Source of the DNA: an uncultured virus (IMG/VR IMGVR_UViG_3300032007_000039)
Taxonomy: Duplodnaviria > Heunggongvirae > Uroviricota > Caudoviricetes
DNA: 64,000 nt
Direction: 5' to 3' (one strand)
Virus record (IMG/VR): IMGVR_UViG_3300032007_000039
Below the pieces are notes generated by a model. It saw only the letters and a list, made by a program, of their open reading frames with translations, had not been told where the DNA came from and searched no databases. The translations under genes were made by a program, and so were the position numbers. Shown one piece after another: positions 53,896 through 64,000 of the stretch. Each line of letters starts with the position of its first letter. The first letter of the stretch is position 1.

Positions 53896-54183
53896 TTAGT
53901 AATAAAGTTTTTTCGTTCCTATTTTTTCCATATTGGAATAATCATCATCATATCCCAAATTATCCGTAAAAAATTCATCTACTAAAACTTTAGAAGTAAA
54001 TTCATCTACAAAACATTCCCCATTGGAATTATCCATAGCTAAATATGTACCATTATCCGTTTTTGCTACATAACATTCTCGTGGAATAGAATTTTTATTC
54101 ATACGATATTTCTGTTCATAATCATTAAATTCCTTTTCGGAAATCATTTCATAATCTACACCACTAGAAATATAATTATTCAT
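53896..54183 (-). CDS. hypothetical protein
   Basis: ORF track. Confidence 0.8.
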   Translation of the reverse strand: MNNYISSGVDYEMISEKEFNDYEQKYRMNKNSIPRECYVAKTDNGTYLAMDNSNGECFVDEFTSKVLVDEFFTDNLGYDDDYSNMEKIGTKKLYY

Positions 54184-54198
54184 TTTATATTTTTCCCC

Positions 54199-54579
54199 TT
54201 AATTAAAATCTTCATCATTATCTTTTGATTGAAGGTTTTCAACAACATCACTTTTTGAATTAAGAATATAGTTTTGAATATCTTCTTTCAACTCATCCTG
54301 TTCGTCTGTTGAAAGATTATTATATTTATCCTCAAATTCAAAATCTTCCTTGGCTTTAATAATTAAATCCTCAACAATAGAAGTATAAAAATTATCAAAC
54401 CATTCATCAACAGACGAAAATTTTATTTCATCTATTTGTTGATTATCATTAGAAGCTTCATTCCATGCAGAATACAAATCGTTTAATTCATCTGAAATTT
54501 CTTCTACTGAAATAAGATTTTTAAAAAGAGAAAAAACATTATCTGAATTTTCTGTAGCTTTTACCAATCTACGTTTCAT
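54199..54579 (-). CDS. acidic protein with MKRRLVKA N-terminus
   Basis: ORF track. Confidence 0.8.
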   Translation of the reverse strand: MKRRLVKATENSDNVFSLFKNLISVEEISDELNDLYSAWNEASNDNQQIDEIKFSSVDEWFDNFYTSIVEDLIIKAKEDFEFEDKYNNLSTDEQDELKEDIQNYILNSKSDVVENLQSKDNDEDFN

Positions 54580-54623
54580 TTAAAATTTTCAATTCCTTTC
54601 GCTAAATTCTATATCTATTATAT

Positions 54624-54860
54624 TCATAAAATGAATAAAGCAACAAATAACAGAATTAAGAATAAAGCAACCGTAGCATTAGCGCAAAAACCAACCACCT
54701 TAATAATACTTCCCAATCCATCTTTTGTTGTTTCATATAATTTATGATTTATATCAAGGACAGTATTCGTATGGCTAAGTAAACTATCAATATTATCAAA
54801 AGAAAGATTCCCTATAGACACCGCATTATCAACAACATTAAAATCTTTATTTGCATTCAT
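54624..54860 (-). CDS. small protein with a C-terminal TM helix
   Basis: hydrophobic C-terminus. Confidence 0.6.
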   Translation of the reverse strand: MNANKDFNVVDNAVSIGNLSFDNIDSLLSHTNTVLDINHKLYETTKDGLGSIIKVVGFCANATVALFLILLFVALFIL

Positions 54861-55010
54861 TTTGTATTCACCCGCACGTTGTTAATTAACAATAAATATT
54901 AAAAAACTGTTTTCTCACCAATATAATAATTAACATAATGGCAAATATACATACTTTGGAACTTAATTAAATTAAAGTTTTGATTGAATTAAAATTTATA
55001 AAACCATTCA

Positions 55011-55532
55011 TTAACACCATAAATCACGGAAATGTTTAGCAAATAAATTTAATCCTTCTTGAATAGTTTTATTTTCTTCTTCTGTTATATCCATAGAATC
55101 TTTATCATGTATTAGATAAAACGATTGTGCCATTTTATTTATTGTTTTTATCCATTCATTAAACGCTATTTCACCATCTTTGTATTTATCTATAAAATCT
55201 TTCGGGATACCTTGTACATTCTTTGTAAAGCGTATTAGTATATCACCCATTAACAATGATATACTATTATCCAAATCCCATACAATATCATTCATAGAAC
55301 GTACTTTTAATTTATCTTGCCTATCATGTAACAAAAATTTTATACAACTAATATAACGATTTTTAATTTGTTTATTATCTTCTTTGCAATTTTTTAATCT
55401 TACTCGTAAAATTTCATTTTTCAATTTTTCTTGTAAATACTTAAAATGCCACTCATTATATGTAGCACTTGCAATGCTTTCTTTACAATAACCTGTTAAT
55501 TCTTTCCTATAATTATTTATATTATTCTTCAT
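55011..55532 (-). CDS. hypothetical protein, family of 31903..32646
   Basis: shared C-terminal motif. Confidence 0.8.
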   Translation of the reverse strand: MKNNINNYRKELTGYCKESIASATYNEWHFKYLQEKLKNEILRVRLKNCKEDNKQIKNRYISCIKFLLHDRQDKLKVRSMNDIVWDLDNSISLLMGDILIRFTKNVQGIPKDFIDKYKDGEIAFNEWIKTINKMAQSFYLIHDKDSMDITEEENKTIQEGLNLFAKHFRDLWC

Positions 55533-55916
55533 TGATTTATACCTACTTACATTTTATTTTATTATTAATGATACATCATTTTCTATTTTTTGTCAACAAA
55601 AAAGCAGGTATTTAATGCCTGCTTTTGTTTTACTTATCCATAGACTGTATCATCATAAAAATATTTACAAAAAAACTAACCAATTAAGGTTAGCTTTTGA
55701 TTATTTTTTCATATCTCTTTCGATAATTTCAATACGGCATTGATGGTCGGTAAGTTCCTTCCGAATGATTGGTAAACAGCTTGCGAGATTTTTTACCGTC
55801 TTTGCCAATTGAAATAACATAATAAAAAGGAAAATGTCAATCACTATGAAAATTATAGTTAAAGCAAATAAATTTTCCATTAATAAACTCCTATAACAAA
55901 TATAATATTGTCTCAG

Positions 55917-56105
55917 TTAATCCGATACAATCTTTCGTTCAATTTGTTGACCACGAATTTCAAAAACATTAAAGTCCAATGGATAATTCATATCAACTAA
56001 CATGTGTGCGATAGCTACATTATCCATATCTTTATATTCAGAAGTTTTTAATTTAGCATTAACAACTTCAATTGTATCTGTTTTTTTAATTTTATTATAT
56101 TCCAT
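55917..56105 (-). CDS. hypothetical protein
   Basis: AAGGAG RBS. Confidence 0.7.
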   Translation of the reverse strand: MEYNKIKKTDTIEVVNAKLKTSEYKDMDNVAIAHMLVDMNYPLDFNVFEIRGQQIERKIVSD

Positions 56106-56122
56106 TATAATTACACTCCTTA

Positions 56123-56344
56123 TTAATTATATGTGGTTCTAATTTCAGATAATTTCTTTTCTAATTCAAGATAACCATCTAGTGTTTCTTGTGAATGTGA
56201 ATCTTGTTTTCTTAATTCCTTATCCTTTTCTTCTGCTTCATCTAAAGCACGTCGTAATCCACATATTATTTCCCAAACTCTATCTTGTGCAAGTACTACT
56301 TGGTTCATTACATCTGAATCTGCTTTAATTAAACGTGATTTCAT
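56123..56344 (-). CDS. small protein with MKSRLIKA N-terminus
   Basis: ORF track. Confidence 0.75.
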   Translation of the reverse strand: MKSRLIKADSDVMNQVVLAQDRVWEIICGLRRALDEAEEKDKELRKQDSHSQETLDGYLELEKKLSEIRTTYN

Positions 56345-56568
56345 AACATCATTCCTTCTAGCATAATATTTTTATGTGTAAATTTTTCTATATCATCTTC
56401 ATATGGTTTTTCATTTTCTTCATAATCAAATTTATCATTTTGTTCATAGATTTTGCGTTGTTTCCTCCCACGATTTTAATCGTGGGAGGAAACAACGCTC
56501 CTCCTTTTTTTTGTGATATTATTAAGAATATAGAAAATCTTAATTCTGCTCCCTTTGTTAGCTTTTTG

Positions 56569-56847
56569 TCACTTCACAATAGAAGTAAAATTAGACAAAT
56601 TTTCTATTTTGAATACTATTATATCACGTACACTTTTCTTAAACCAGTATAGCGTAGATAGTCTATTAATTACTTTGTATACATATACTAGACTATTTTT
56701 TCCGTGATAGTTGACATATACACTTCCATTTAGCCATACAAAATCAAACTTTGCAAGTTCCTCTTCTATCTCATTATAGGCTTTACTAGTATCTCCATAT
56801 TCCTTCTTTAGCTCATTAGAATTAAAATCAAATGAAATTGCATACAT
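56569..56847 (-). CDS. vapD: virulence-associated protein D (Cas2-like ferredoxin-fold nuclease)
   Basis: MYAISFD...Y...AY.EI..EL...F.W.NGSVY...WFKKSVRDI.VFKIE..SNFT. Confidence 0.85.
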   Translation of the reverse strand: MYAISFDFNSNELKKEYGDTSKAYNEIEEELAKFDFVWLNGSVYVNYHGKNSLVYVYKVINRLSTLYWFKKSVRDIIVFKIENLSNFTSIVK

Positions 56848-56979
56848 GATTTGATACACTCTCTTTCTATAAATTTATTTTATATATAAAGACTTAGGCT
56901 ATTCAGCAAGGGATTGTGATATTTCTACCACAATCCCACGAATTTATTCGTGGGTTACTGAACTATTGAACAATTTATA

Positions 56980-57468
56980 TTATAATTTCATTCTATGCCA
57001 TTCGTTATCCCAATATTCTTCTTCTTCTTTTGCTTCCTTCTTTAGAAGCCAACATTGATAATTATGTTCGCGAACATAATTATCAATATCAGGTAAGCCT
57101 GAAGCACCTGCATCATAAACCAATTCTTGAATATTATCATAAGTATTTGGTTTATCACCCATAGCAACAGATAATAATACAATATTATCCATCATTTCAC
57201 CAGACACATCATCTATATCGTCATTTGTATATTTAGGTAAAATTTCACACAAACATTCATAGAAATTATCGCAATCATCTAATGTTGATAATATTTTTTC
57301 TTCGACTTGATAATCTGATATTTCTTCATATGCTCTATCTTTATCAATCAATTCCGTAGCAACTTCACTAGCTATTTCAACGTCCTTTTCTGCTGCTTCG
57401 CATAGTTTTAGCACATCTTCCCTAGAAAATACAATTGGTTTTTCTTCTTCTGCAATTAATCTTTTCAT
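56980..57468 (-). CDS. acidic protein with MKRLIA N-terminus
   Basis: AAGGAG RBS. Confidence 0.8.
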   Translation of the reverse strand: MKRLIAEEEKPIVFSREDVLKLCEAAEKDVEIASEVATELIDKDRAYEEISDYQVEEKILSTLDDCDNFYECLCEILPKYTNDDIDDVSGEMMDNIVLLSVAMGDKPNTYDNIQELVYDAGASGLPDIDNYVREHNYQCWLLKKEAKEEEEYWDNEWHRMKL

Positions 57469-57483
57469 GTAAACTCTCCTTTA

Positions 57484-57780
57484 TTATATTTTTTTAAAAT
57501 CAAAGCATTTTAATATTTCTTGACTGGTATTATTTTGTAATGCATATGCAAATTTACTAGCTATTTGTTCCATTTGCATTTTCGTATCACAAATTTTTAT
57601 ATATGTTTCATTTAATTGTGATTGTATAAATATAATTTTATTATAATGTCTATCATGACCAAATCCTAAAAAAAATTCTTCTCCTAATTGGCTTACTGCA
57701 TTAATATATTTACCGTCAAATAATCCCATAATAGACGAACGAGACATATCTAAATCTTGCCATTTTACTTGCAATTTCAT
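57484..57780 (-). CDS. hypothetical protein
   Basis: GAGG RBS. Confidence 0.75.
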   Translation of the reverse strand: MKLQVKWQDLDMSRSSIMGLFDGKYINAVSQLGEEFFLGFGHDRHYNKIIFIQSQLNETYIKICDTKMQMEQIASKFAYALQNNTSQEILKCFDFKKI

Positions 57781-57930
57781 ATACTGTTACCTCTTGAAAA
57801 TTATATTTACCTATACAAAAAATAACTTTTAGTTTGAAATATATAATTTTTAATCATACATTTTCTATTTATTATATAAATATAATAGGATAAAAAACTA
57901 GCTAATAATTAGCTAGTTTTTTTAAATTTA

Positions 57931-58990
57931 TTAAAAATGCTTAACACGTTCTTCAACTTCATGACGTTTAGCATTATTCCATGTGGTTAAATCTCCTGTA
58001 AGATACATCTTACTTTCATAAAATGGACTATTTCTTACCTCTGTGGGTCGTTGTGTTTAGTCTCTGCATTTAGATAAATCACATCATATTCATAAATATG
58101 TTTTCTATGTGACTTCAATTTTCCTCTCATATGTTCAAATGATTTATTATATTCATTACTCAAAAACCTTGCACATTCAGACATTGATTCAAACTTTTGT
58201 TTAAAATTTTCTTTCATTAATATGATAGGTTTCATTCTTATTTTGCGTGCATTACTCCAATTAGTTAATATTACATTAATCATTTTTTCTGTTAATGCAC
58301 GATTTTTCATTTGTACACTATGAGTCACATATCTTAGATTTGTATATTTATTATTATGCGTGTTTCTGTCAATATGGTCTATTTCATAACCTTCAGGTCT
58401 ATCGCCAAGCCAACATTCTGCAACAATTCTATGCATTGGTACTCGATGCACTTTACCTTTTAAATTAACAAAAGCTACATAATAACCATTTTTTGAATGA
58501 TGATAATCTAATATAATTTTAATATGTTTCTTGGATTTTACATTTCTCAAAATTGTTCCATCATCATTCACTTCATATAAAAATTGTAATGATTTAATTT
58601 TTCTAAACTCACGATTAATATGATTACTCATATCTCCCTTGATACCTCCATAATCATTTTTTTATTTCTGAACCTTATTAGGTATCCAATTATGGAAACT
58701 GTACTATTCAAAATACATTTACAACAGTTGATGGGCTTTTCTTACAGGGAATAACCCGTGATACGTCTAATTCTCTCAATTTTTGGTTTATCCTGCACAT
58801 ATTTAATATCAATATCTGCATTCTTTTCATCTACTTTAGTAATAGTTACTTTTTCAATTACACCATCTTTTTCTTCTTTTTTTTCTTCTGCATAATTCAA
58901 AAAGTTTTCTGCGAACTTTTTATCAATAACTGCTTCATCTTCAAATCCATTAAATACAATTGTCTTGTTATCAATCTCAAATTCTTTCAT
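57931..58990 (-). CDS. stand-alone NrdD glycyl-radical domain, spliced (exons 58990-58754 and 58005-57931; 103 aa)
   Basis: joined sequence ...IERIRRITG|YLTGDLTTWNNAKRHEVEERVKHF. Confidence 0.85.
58006..58753 (-). mobile_element. group I intron directly after the radical Gly codon
   Basis: exon ends in U; P1 GGGU/GCCC; P10 CCTGTAAGA pairs with exon TCTTACAGG; GAGACTA/ATAGTC core; terminal G. Confidence 0.9.
58035..58631 (-). CDS. intron-encoded HNH homing endonuclease
   Basis: HRIVAECW...IDHIDRN.HNN...NLRYVT. Confidence 0.9.
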   Translation of the reverse strand: MSNHINREFRKIKSLQFLYEVNDDGTILRNVKSKKHIKIILDYHHSKNGYYVAFVNLKGKVHRVPMHRIVAECWLGDRPEGYEIDHIDRNTHNNKYTNLRYVTHSVQMKNRALTEKMINVILTNWSNARKIRMKPIILMKENFKQKFESMSECARFLSNEYNKSFEHMRGKLKSHRKHIYEYDVIYLNAETKHNDPQR

Positions 58991-59005
58991 ATCATATCAC
59001 CTTTT

Positions 59006-59386
59006 TTATGAATTTAAAGTTTTCTTTAAAGTATTGCTAATTTTTTCTTTAATTTCAGGAGAGGGGTCATTTGCTTTTTTCACATTAAGCAAATCATAAT
59101 CTTTTTCATACATTTCCGTATATAATTTCTCTAATTTATCTGCTTCATCTTGTGTACTGCAATCTACAATTGGAAGTATATCTAAATCATCAAAATCATA
59201 TTTACTAATTTGTCTATCAGGATATGTATAGTCCCCTGAATGATGTTGAATTAGTCTACGATGTAATGTATTCGTAGTTTGTCCAATATAAATTACATTA
59301 TTTGTATTCTTATCTACAATTTTATAGATACAGAATTTTTTCTTATATTCTTTTTCCATATATAATTTTCCTTTTTTACGTCTCAT
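59006..59386 (-). CDS. free-standing GIY-YIG endonuclease
   Basis: CIYKI...YIGQT...RL.QH...E...LLN. Confidence 0.85.
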   Translation of the reverse strand: MRRKKGKLYMEKEYKKKFCIYKIVDKNTNNVIYIGQTTNTLHRRLIQHHSGDYTYPDRQISKYDFDDLDILPIVDCSTQDEADKLEKLYTEMYEKDYDLLNVKKANDPSPEIKEKISNTLKKTLNS

Positions 59387-59549
59387 ATTTCTCGTCTCTG
59401 TTTTTAAAATTTATTTATCCATATTTTTAATTACATATAATGAAAACATTATATTAACTAATCCAAAGATAAATGCAATCAAACAATATATAAATGTAAC
59501 ATTCATAATTACATCACCTATTAATTAAATAGACTTCCGTAATTTTAAT

Positions 59550-62500
59550 TTACTTATCTGTACAACCACAACCAATATCGCGAATATTTACGTGAATATC
59601 TGTATCTTCACGAATTTCTTTATATCCGCAAATTGGGCAAGTGTCTCCATCAATAACTAATGTATTACCACATGAAGGACATCTGTCTACGGGGTGGTTG
59701 ACTGCAAAGTAATTCATATTCTTATCGTGCATATATCTAATAACAGTTTCAAAAGCATCAAGATTTTTTAATGGGTCTCCATCCATTTCCAAATAGCTAA
59801 TTACACCCGCATTACACAACTCATGATATGGAGCTTCAATCTCAATTTTCTTTGCAGCTGAAATAGGATAGTAAACTGGAATATGCATACTGTTCGTAAA
59901 ATATTCTCTATCCGTTACACCTTTAATAACTCCATATTTCTTTCTTGTATCGCGAAGGAACGCACCAGCAGTTGATTCTGCCGGTGTCGCAAATAAACTA
60001 AAGTTTAAATGCGTTTCTTTCGCGTACTTATCTGTCATTTCACGCATATGTTTAATAATTTCATATCCTAACTTACGCGCTTCTTCTGTTTCTCCATGAT
60101 GTGAACCAATCAATGCTACAAGTGCTTCTGCCAATCCACAGAAACCAATTGAAATAGATGCTTGTTTTAATACAGGAGCAATTTCATCTGTCCATTTCAA
60201 TTGTTCACTTGTATACCAAAGATGTTGTCCCATCAAGAATGGGAAATTATATACATGACGATGACCAATGCGTTCAAATCTCCAAAGAAGATTTTCTTTG
60301 CAAAGTTTCATGTATTTATCCAAAAGTTTATAGAACTTTTTAATATCATGGTTTGCATCCAATGCCAACATAGGAAGATTAATGGTATCGAATGCAAAAT
60401 TACCTCTTGATGAAGTAATTGGTTCGCCATTCAAATTCATTTGAGTTTTGGTTCTACAGCCCCAGCGTAGCATTTTCTATATCACTATAGGTTCAGACTA
60501 TATCACATACCTATAATTATAGGCATCTTTTCTTTTCCACTAACTCAAAAAGTGTACTCTACTTCCGTAGATAGTCGTTTAGCTTTTATTATTAATAAAT
60601 GTGTTTAATTGTTTTTCTATATGTAGAAACATAAAATTTTTTATTTTTGTAAATAAAATATCCACGTTTTATGATTCCATCTACAGATAAATATGATTTA
60701 TCATAATAATCTGCAAATTGTTTTCTTTCATCAAACTCTCTGATAACATTATTTCTATCTTTATCAGAATATATAATTATTGGACACCATGTTGTTTTAT
60801 AATGATTTTTATGTACTTTTCTAAGACCATTCTTAAATGCATGTTTATCATTTTCAGAACGAGTACACCATTCTAAATTGTCATATCTACAATTTAATTT
60901 ATTTCCATCAATATGATTAACAACAAGTGTACTATAATTTATTGGTGGATTACAAAAATAATATGCAACTAATCTATGTATAAAAAATCTTTTATGTGGA
61001 TTAGATAAACAAACACGTCTATATCCACAATTATTTTTGTCTCCGATTAATAATCTTCCATCTTTATTTTTAACTTGTCCAAAATTACTAATTAAATATC
61101 TTCCATTATAACCTTTAATTTCTTTCCATAGTTCTTGCATATTTCACCATTTATAAATAAATTTAGCACTAGATTACCTTAAAAATTTAAGGTTTCCTTG
61201 TTTAGAAAAGTTCTTCGATATACATTTCTGTATAAAGCCACAGGTTTGTTTATGGTTGCAATCTCAGTTCTATAATCATTTGGATTATAATATTGCATAT
61301 TGTAAGGTGCGTCTTGATTTTCAAAATTCGCTTAAATAAATTATATTTCTATAATTCGCAGACTATCTCTTTACATCATATTGATGTATATTGCGCTTCC
61401 GCATAATTTTATGCGTACTAGGATTTCTCCTATAGTCGTTACACTTTATTTATTATTTATAATAAATTTTAGCACGGTATTGCCACTATCTATTAAAAAT
61501 AGATTTAGGTTCTCTTACGAAGTTGCTTAAAACTTCTACCGTTTTCACAATATGTTTCTTACATTACTGTAAGCCCCAATGTTGTTTAGGGAACAGACGC
61601 TTTGCACTTACACGCATAGCTAATTTAAATAAATCGTAATTCGGGTCACCAGGGTCATAACTAATACCCTTTTTAAGTCTAAATATAGTTATCATTTATA
61701 CCGTTACTTTCGTAATATTTTAACCATTTCTTAAAGAAATGCGGATTAGACTATCTCTTTACATCATTATGATGTATATTGCACTTCCATATTTTAATAA
61801 TATGTACTCCGTTCTCACGGATAGTCGTTACATTTTAATTATTAATGCTAAAGAAATTCCAACCATGATAAGGTTTAAACAGCTTTTTATCCAATCGCAA
61901 TTTAACACTACCTGGACTGAAATTATATATTTTACAAAAATGTACAATTCCATGAATTATCATTAAATCATTATCTGGTGAAATAGCAATAAAATGTTTT
62001 GAATATTGTTCTGTGTTTCTATATTTAATATTTATTTCATTAGATATAAACATACAAGTATCTAAAGAATAAACTTTTTGTGATGGTAATAATCCTTTTT
62101 GCTTTATGTCTTTATCCAAACATAAAATTCCATCATTGAATTCTTTTTCATTATATCCATCAATTTTGGATAAATCTTCTAAAAAATATTCAAAACAATG
62201 CCATCTATTACAAACAGTAACACCTAATCCACCATATGAAGAAAAGTCTTTTTTGTTATGAGAATTATAACATCTACTTAACATATTTCTCCATAATGTG
62301 CAAGCGCGTTTATTCATTTTTGATGTTGCATTTCCCATATATCCAATCCCATATAATGTTGGATAGAATAAATCTTTAATACAACCTTGATTCAATGCTT
62401 GCTTCAAAACAGTTCGTTTGCTATGTGTTCTTAGAAATTCAATTTCATAATAATGATTACCATTTTTTATATAATCATAATTAATTTTATATTCTAATCC

Positions 62501-64000
62501 TGTATTCGTTTTAAATATTTTATTCATTTTCTCACCTCCATTATATTTTATTTTAGCATTAATAAGTCTTAACACGGTATTACCACTATCCATTTAGGAT
62601 TTAGGTTCTCTTACGAAGTCGATTAAAACTTCTACCGTTTTCACAATATGTTTCTTACTGATTAAAGTAAGCCCCATTTATCTAGGGAAGATGCTCGTCT
62701 CGCCATGTCCTAATCCTGCTTCTTGTGCAAGCAGTAAATGCTTCATAGCTAAACGTCCTTCTTCAGACGTATCTAACCCAAAATTTAAGGAACTAAATGG
62801 CACTTGAGAGCCAGCTCTCGAATTATGAACAAAAATACAATTAGATGTTAAGAAAGTCTCATTGTCTGCAACAGACATATCATAAACATATTCTTCTTCA
62901 CTATTACTTTCCGTTACTTTTTCAATAAATAATGGATATATATGTGAAGCAGGAATGAATTTATTATCATCAATTGCTTTTGTGTCAATAATTTCTTTTT
63001 TTACACGATTAAATTTTGGTTTCCTACCATCAATATTACGACTTAATAAATTCTTCAAAAAATCAAAATCATAATAAATATATTCTGCTCGTACATTATT
63101 TTGATTTAAATCTTTCAAATTCAAACGATTTGCAGTATTAGAATTAAAACTAATATCATATCCATTATATGTTCCATAAGACGTTTTCCTGTTATATGTA
63201 TTGTGAATATGAGACATTTCATTCATTGACAAAATCATTAATTGAATTTGAGAACGTAACGTTTCTGAAACAGTTGTAGCCCCAATATATGTTGGTTTTA
63301 TACTACCATCACATTTAAAATACCCTTCCAAAAATGCAGATTGAACTTCTTTTGTTCCAAACATAATTTGCATTGGAATTTTTTTCTCATGTGCATTTCT
63401 ACCGAAATAATATTTAAATGCGTCCGACCAAACTTTACCAACATTAAATCTTATATCCTTTGGTTTACCATTAGGCATAGAATATTTATTATATGTTACT
63501 TTTTCATTATAGCATTCTTTCATTAATGATAACAATTCTTGTTCTTTAGTTTCATCACAAGTGGTAAAGCATAATTGACTATCACCAACAATAGAACCTT
63601 CTGCAACATAATACCCTGCCAATTTACCAAAAGAAGGATTTACTACAATATGATTTTCTGTATAATTTTGTTTTGTACGTGAATGGAATTTATCTAAACT
63701 AATATCATTTTTCACATTAAAAACAAAATTTCTTGGCATTAATACATTTGGTACACTTTCAGGATAATCTTCAGCAATTTTACCTGCGTTATTAAGATAC
63801 ATTACTTTATGATTGTCTGTTGTCGTAACTGATGCTCCTGATGTTGTATGAATTGTAATCAATCTACGATGATTATTTTTTCTTTCAATATCAGTAATAT
63901 CTTTTAATTCTGCTACACCTGTATTTTGATTTAATGAAATAGCCTGATAACGACCTTTTTCATAAATCTCATGTAGTTTACCAATTTGCATTACTTTTAA
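59550..64000 (-). CDS. nrdD: anaerobic (class III) ribonucleotide reductase, 5'-partial; exons >64000-62684, 61692-61588, 61328-61252, 60462-59550; contains an intein
   Basis: spliced SRAGSQVPFSSLN...SIFP|ITIF...KRLFP|NFEN...IATM|GCRT...RGNF...TINLP...YFTNS...CPSC..CPIC; no RxxGY loop. Confidence 0.93.
60463..61251 (-). mobile_element. group I intron splitting the Met codon of MGCRT
   Basis: AT|...G|G junction restores frame; P1 CCAU/GUGG; ACGACTA/ATAGTC core. Confidence 0.9.
60592..61140 (-). CDS. intron-encoded NUMOD4-HNH endonuclease
   Basis: ELWKEIKGYNGRYLISNFG; HRLVA; VNHIDGNKLN...NLEWCT. Confidence 0.9.
   Translation of the reverse strand: MQELWKEIKGYNGRYLISNFGQVKNKDGRLLIGDKNNCGYRRVCLSNPHKRFFIHRLVAYYFCNPPINYSTLVVNHIDGNKLNCRYDNLEWCTRSENDKHAFKNGLRKVHKNHYKTTWCPIIIYSDKDRNNVIREFDERKQFADYYDKSYLSVDGIIKRGYFIYKNKKFYVSTYRKTIKHIY
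61329..61587 (-). mobile_element. ORF-less group I intron (259 nt)
   Basis: follows TTCCCT, ends in G, core near-identical to intron 61693-62683. Confidence 0.88.
61693..62683 (-). mobile_element. group I intron with endonuclease ORF
   Basis: follows TTCCCT; P1 CCCU/GGGG; terminal G at 61693; frame restored on removal. Confidence 0.9.
61835..62527 (-). CDS. intron-encoded HNH-type homing endonuclease
   Basis: WRNMLSRCY...YGGLGVTVCNRW...LDKD...YSLDTCMF; GGAGG RBS. Confidence 0.8.
   Translation of the reverse strand: MNKIFKTNTGLEYKINYDYIKNGNHYYEIEFLRTHSKRTVLKQALNQGCIKDLFYPTLYGIGYMGNATSKMNKRACTLWRNMLSRCYNSHNKKDFSSYGGLGVTVCNRWHCFEYFLEDLSKIDGYNEKEFNDGILCLDKDIKQKGLLPSQKVYSLDTCMFISNEINIKYRNTEQYSKHFIAISPDNDLMIIHGIVHFCKIYNFSPGSVKLRLDKKLFKPYHGWNFFSINN
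62822..64000 (-). mobile_element. intein with LAGLIDADG endonuclease (N-terminus outside the window)
   Basis: TTDNHKV block B, LAGYYVAEGS, FLEGYFKCDG, YVYDMSV...FVHN|S. Confidence 0.93.

Noticed and set aside
58742..58990. Truncated nrdD pseudogene ending RITGYSL
   Set aside because: P1/P10 pairing and an in-frame downstream exon indicate a spliced intact gene.
1..64000. Stop-codon reassignment
   Set aside because: Recognisable genes are full length in code 11, and the breaks in nrdD are explained by introns.
1..64000. tRNA or rRNA genes
   Set aside because: No cloverleaf with a T-loop GTTCRA and matching acceptor stem was recognised by eye; tRNAscan would be needed to exclude them.

Overview
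Very AT-rich segment of a large (jumbo-type) bacteriophage. The inferred host is an anaerobic Bacillota/Negativicutes, based on GGAGG RBSs, consensus TTGACA/TATAAT promoters, class III RNR, and HPr-, Hsp20- and FNT-like genes. Four zones are visible. (1) 1-7 kb: minus-strand small orphan proteins, nine of ten ending in Gly-[LIMV]-stop, around a repeat-rich non-coding gap with a strand-skew switch. (2) About 8-48.6 kb: a ~40 kb array of mostly single-gene cassettes (promoter, leader, RBS, small ORF, terminator), converging at ~14.75 kb. Its spacers carry roughly 70-75 copies of a 14-bp motif TAAAACATTTTACA, mostly in inverted pairs and helically phased to the next -35 box. Cargo includes HicA, two SprT-like proteases, Hsp20, a His-less HPr, an Rnl1-like RNA ligase, a GNAT and an FNT channel. 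(3) 48.8-57.8 kb: deaminase, amidase, coiled-coil proteins, vapD. (4) 57.9-64 kb: a split class III ribonucleotide reductase locus. nrdD carries an intein and three group I introns, and the glycyl-radical domain is a separate gene with a fourth intron. All calls come from reading the sequence; no database searches were run and counts are by eye.
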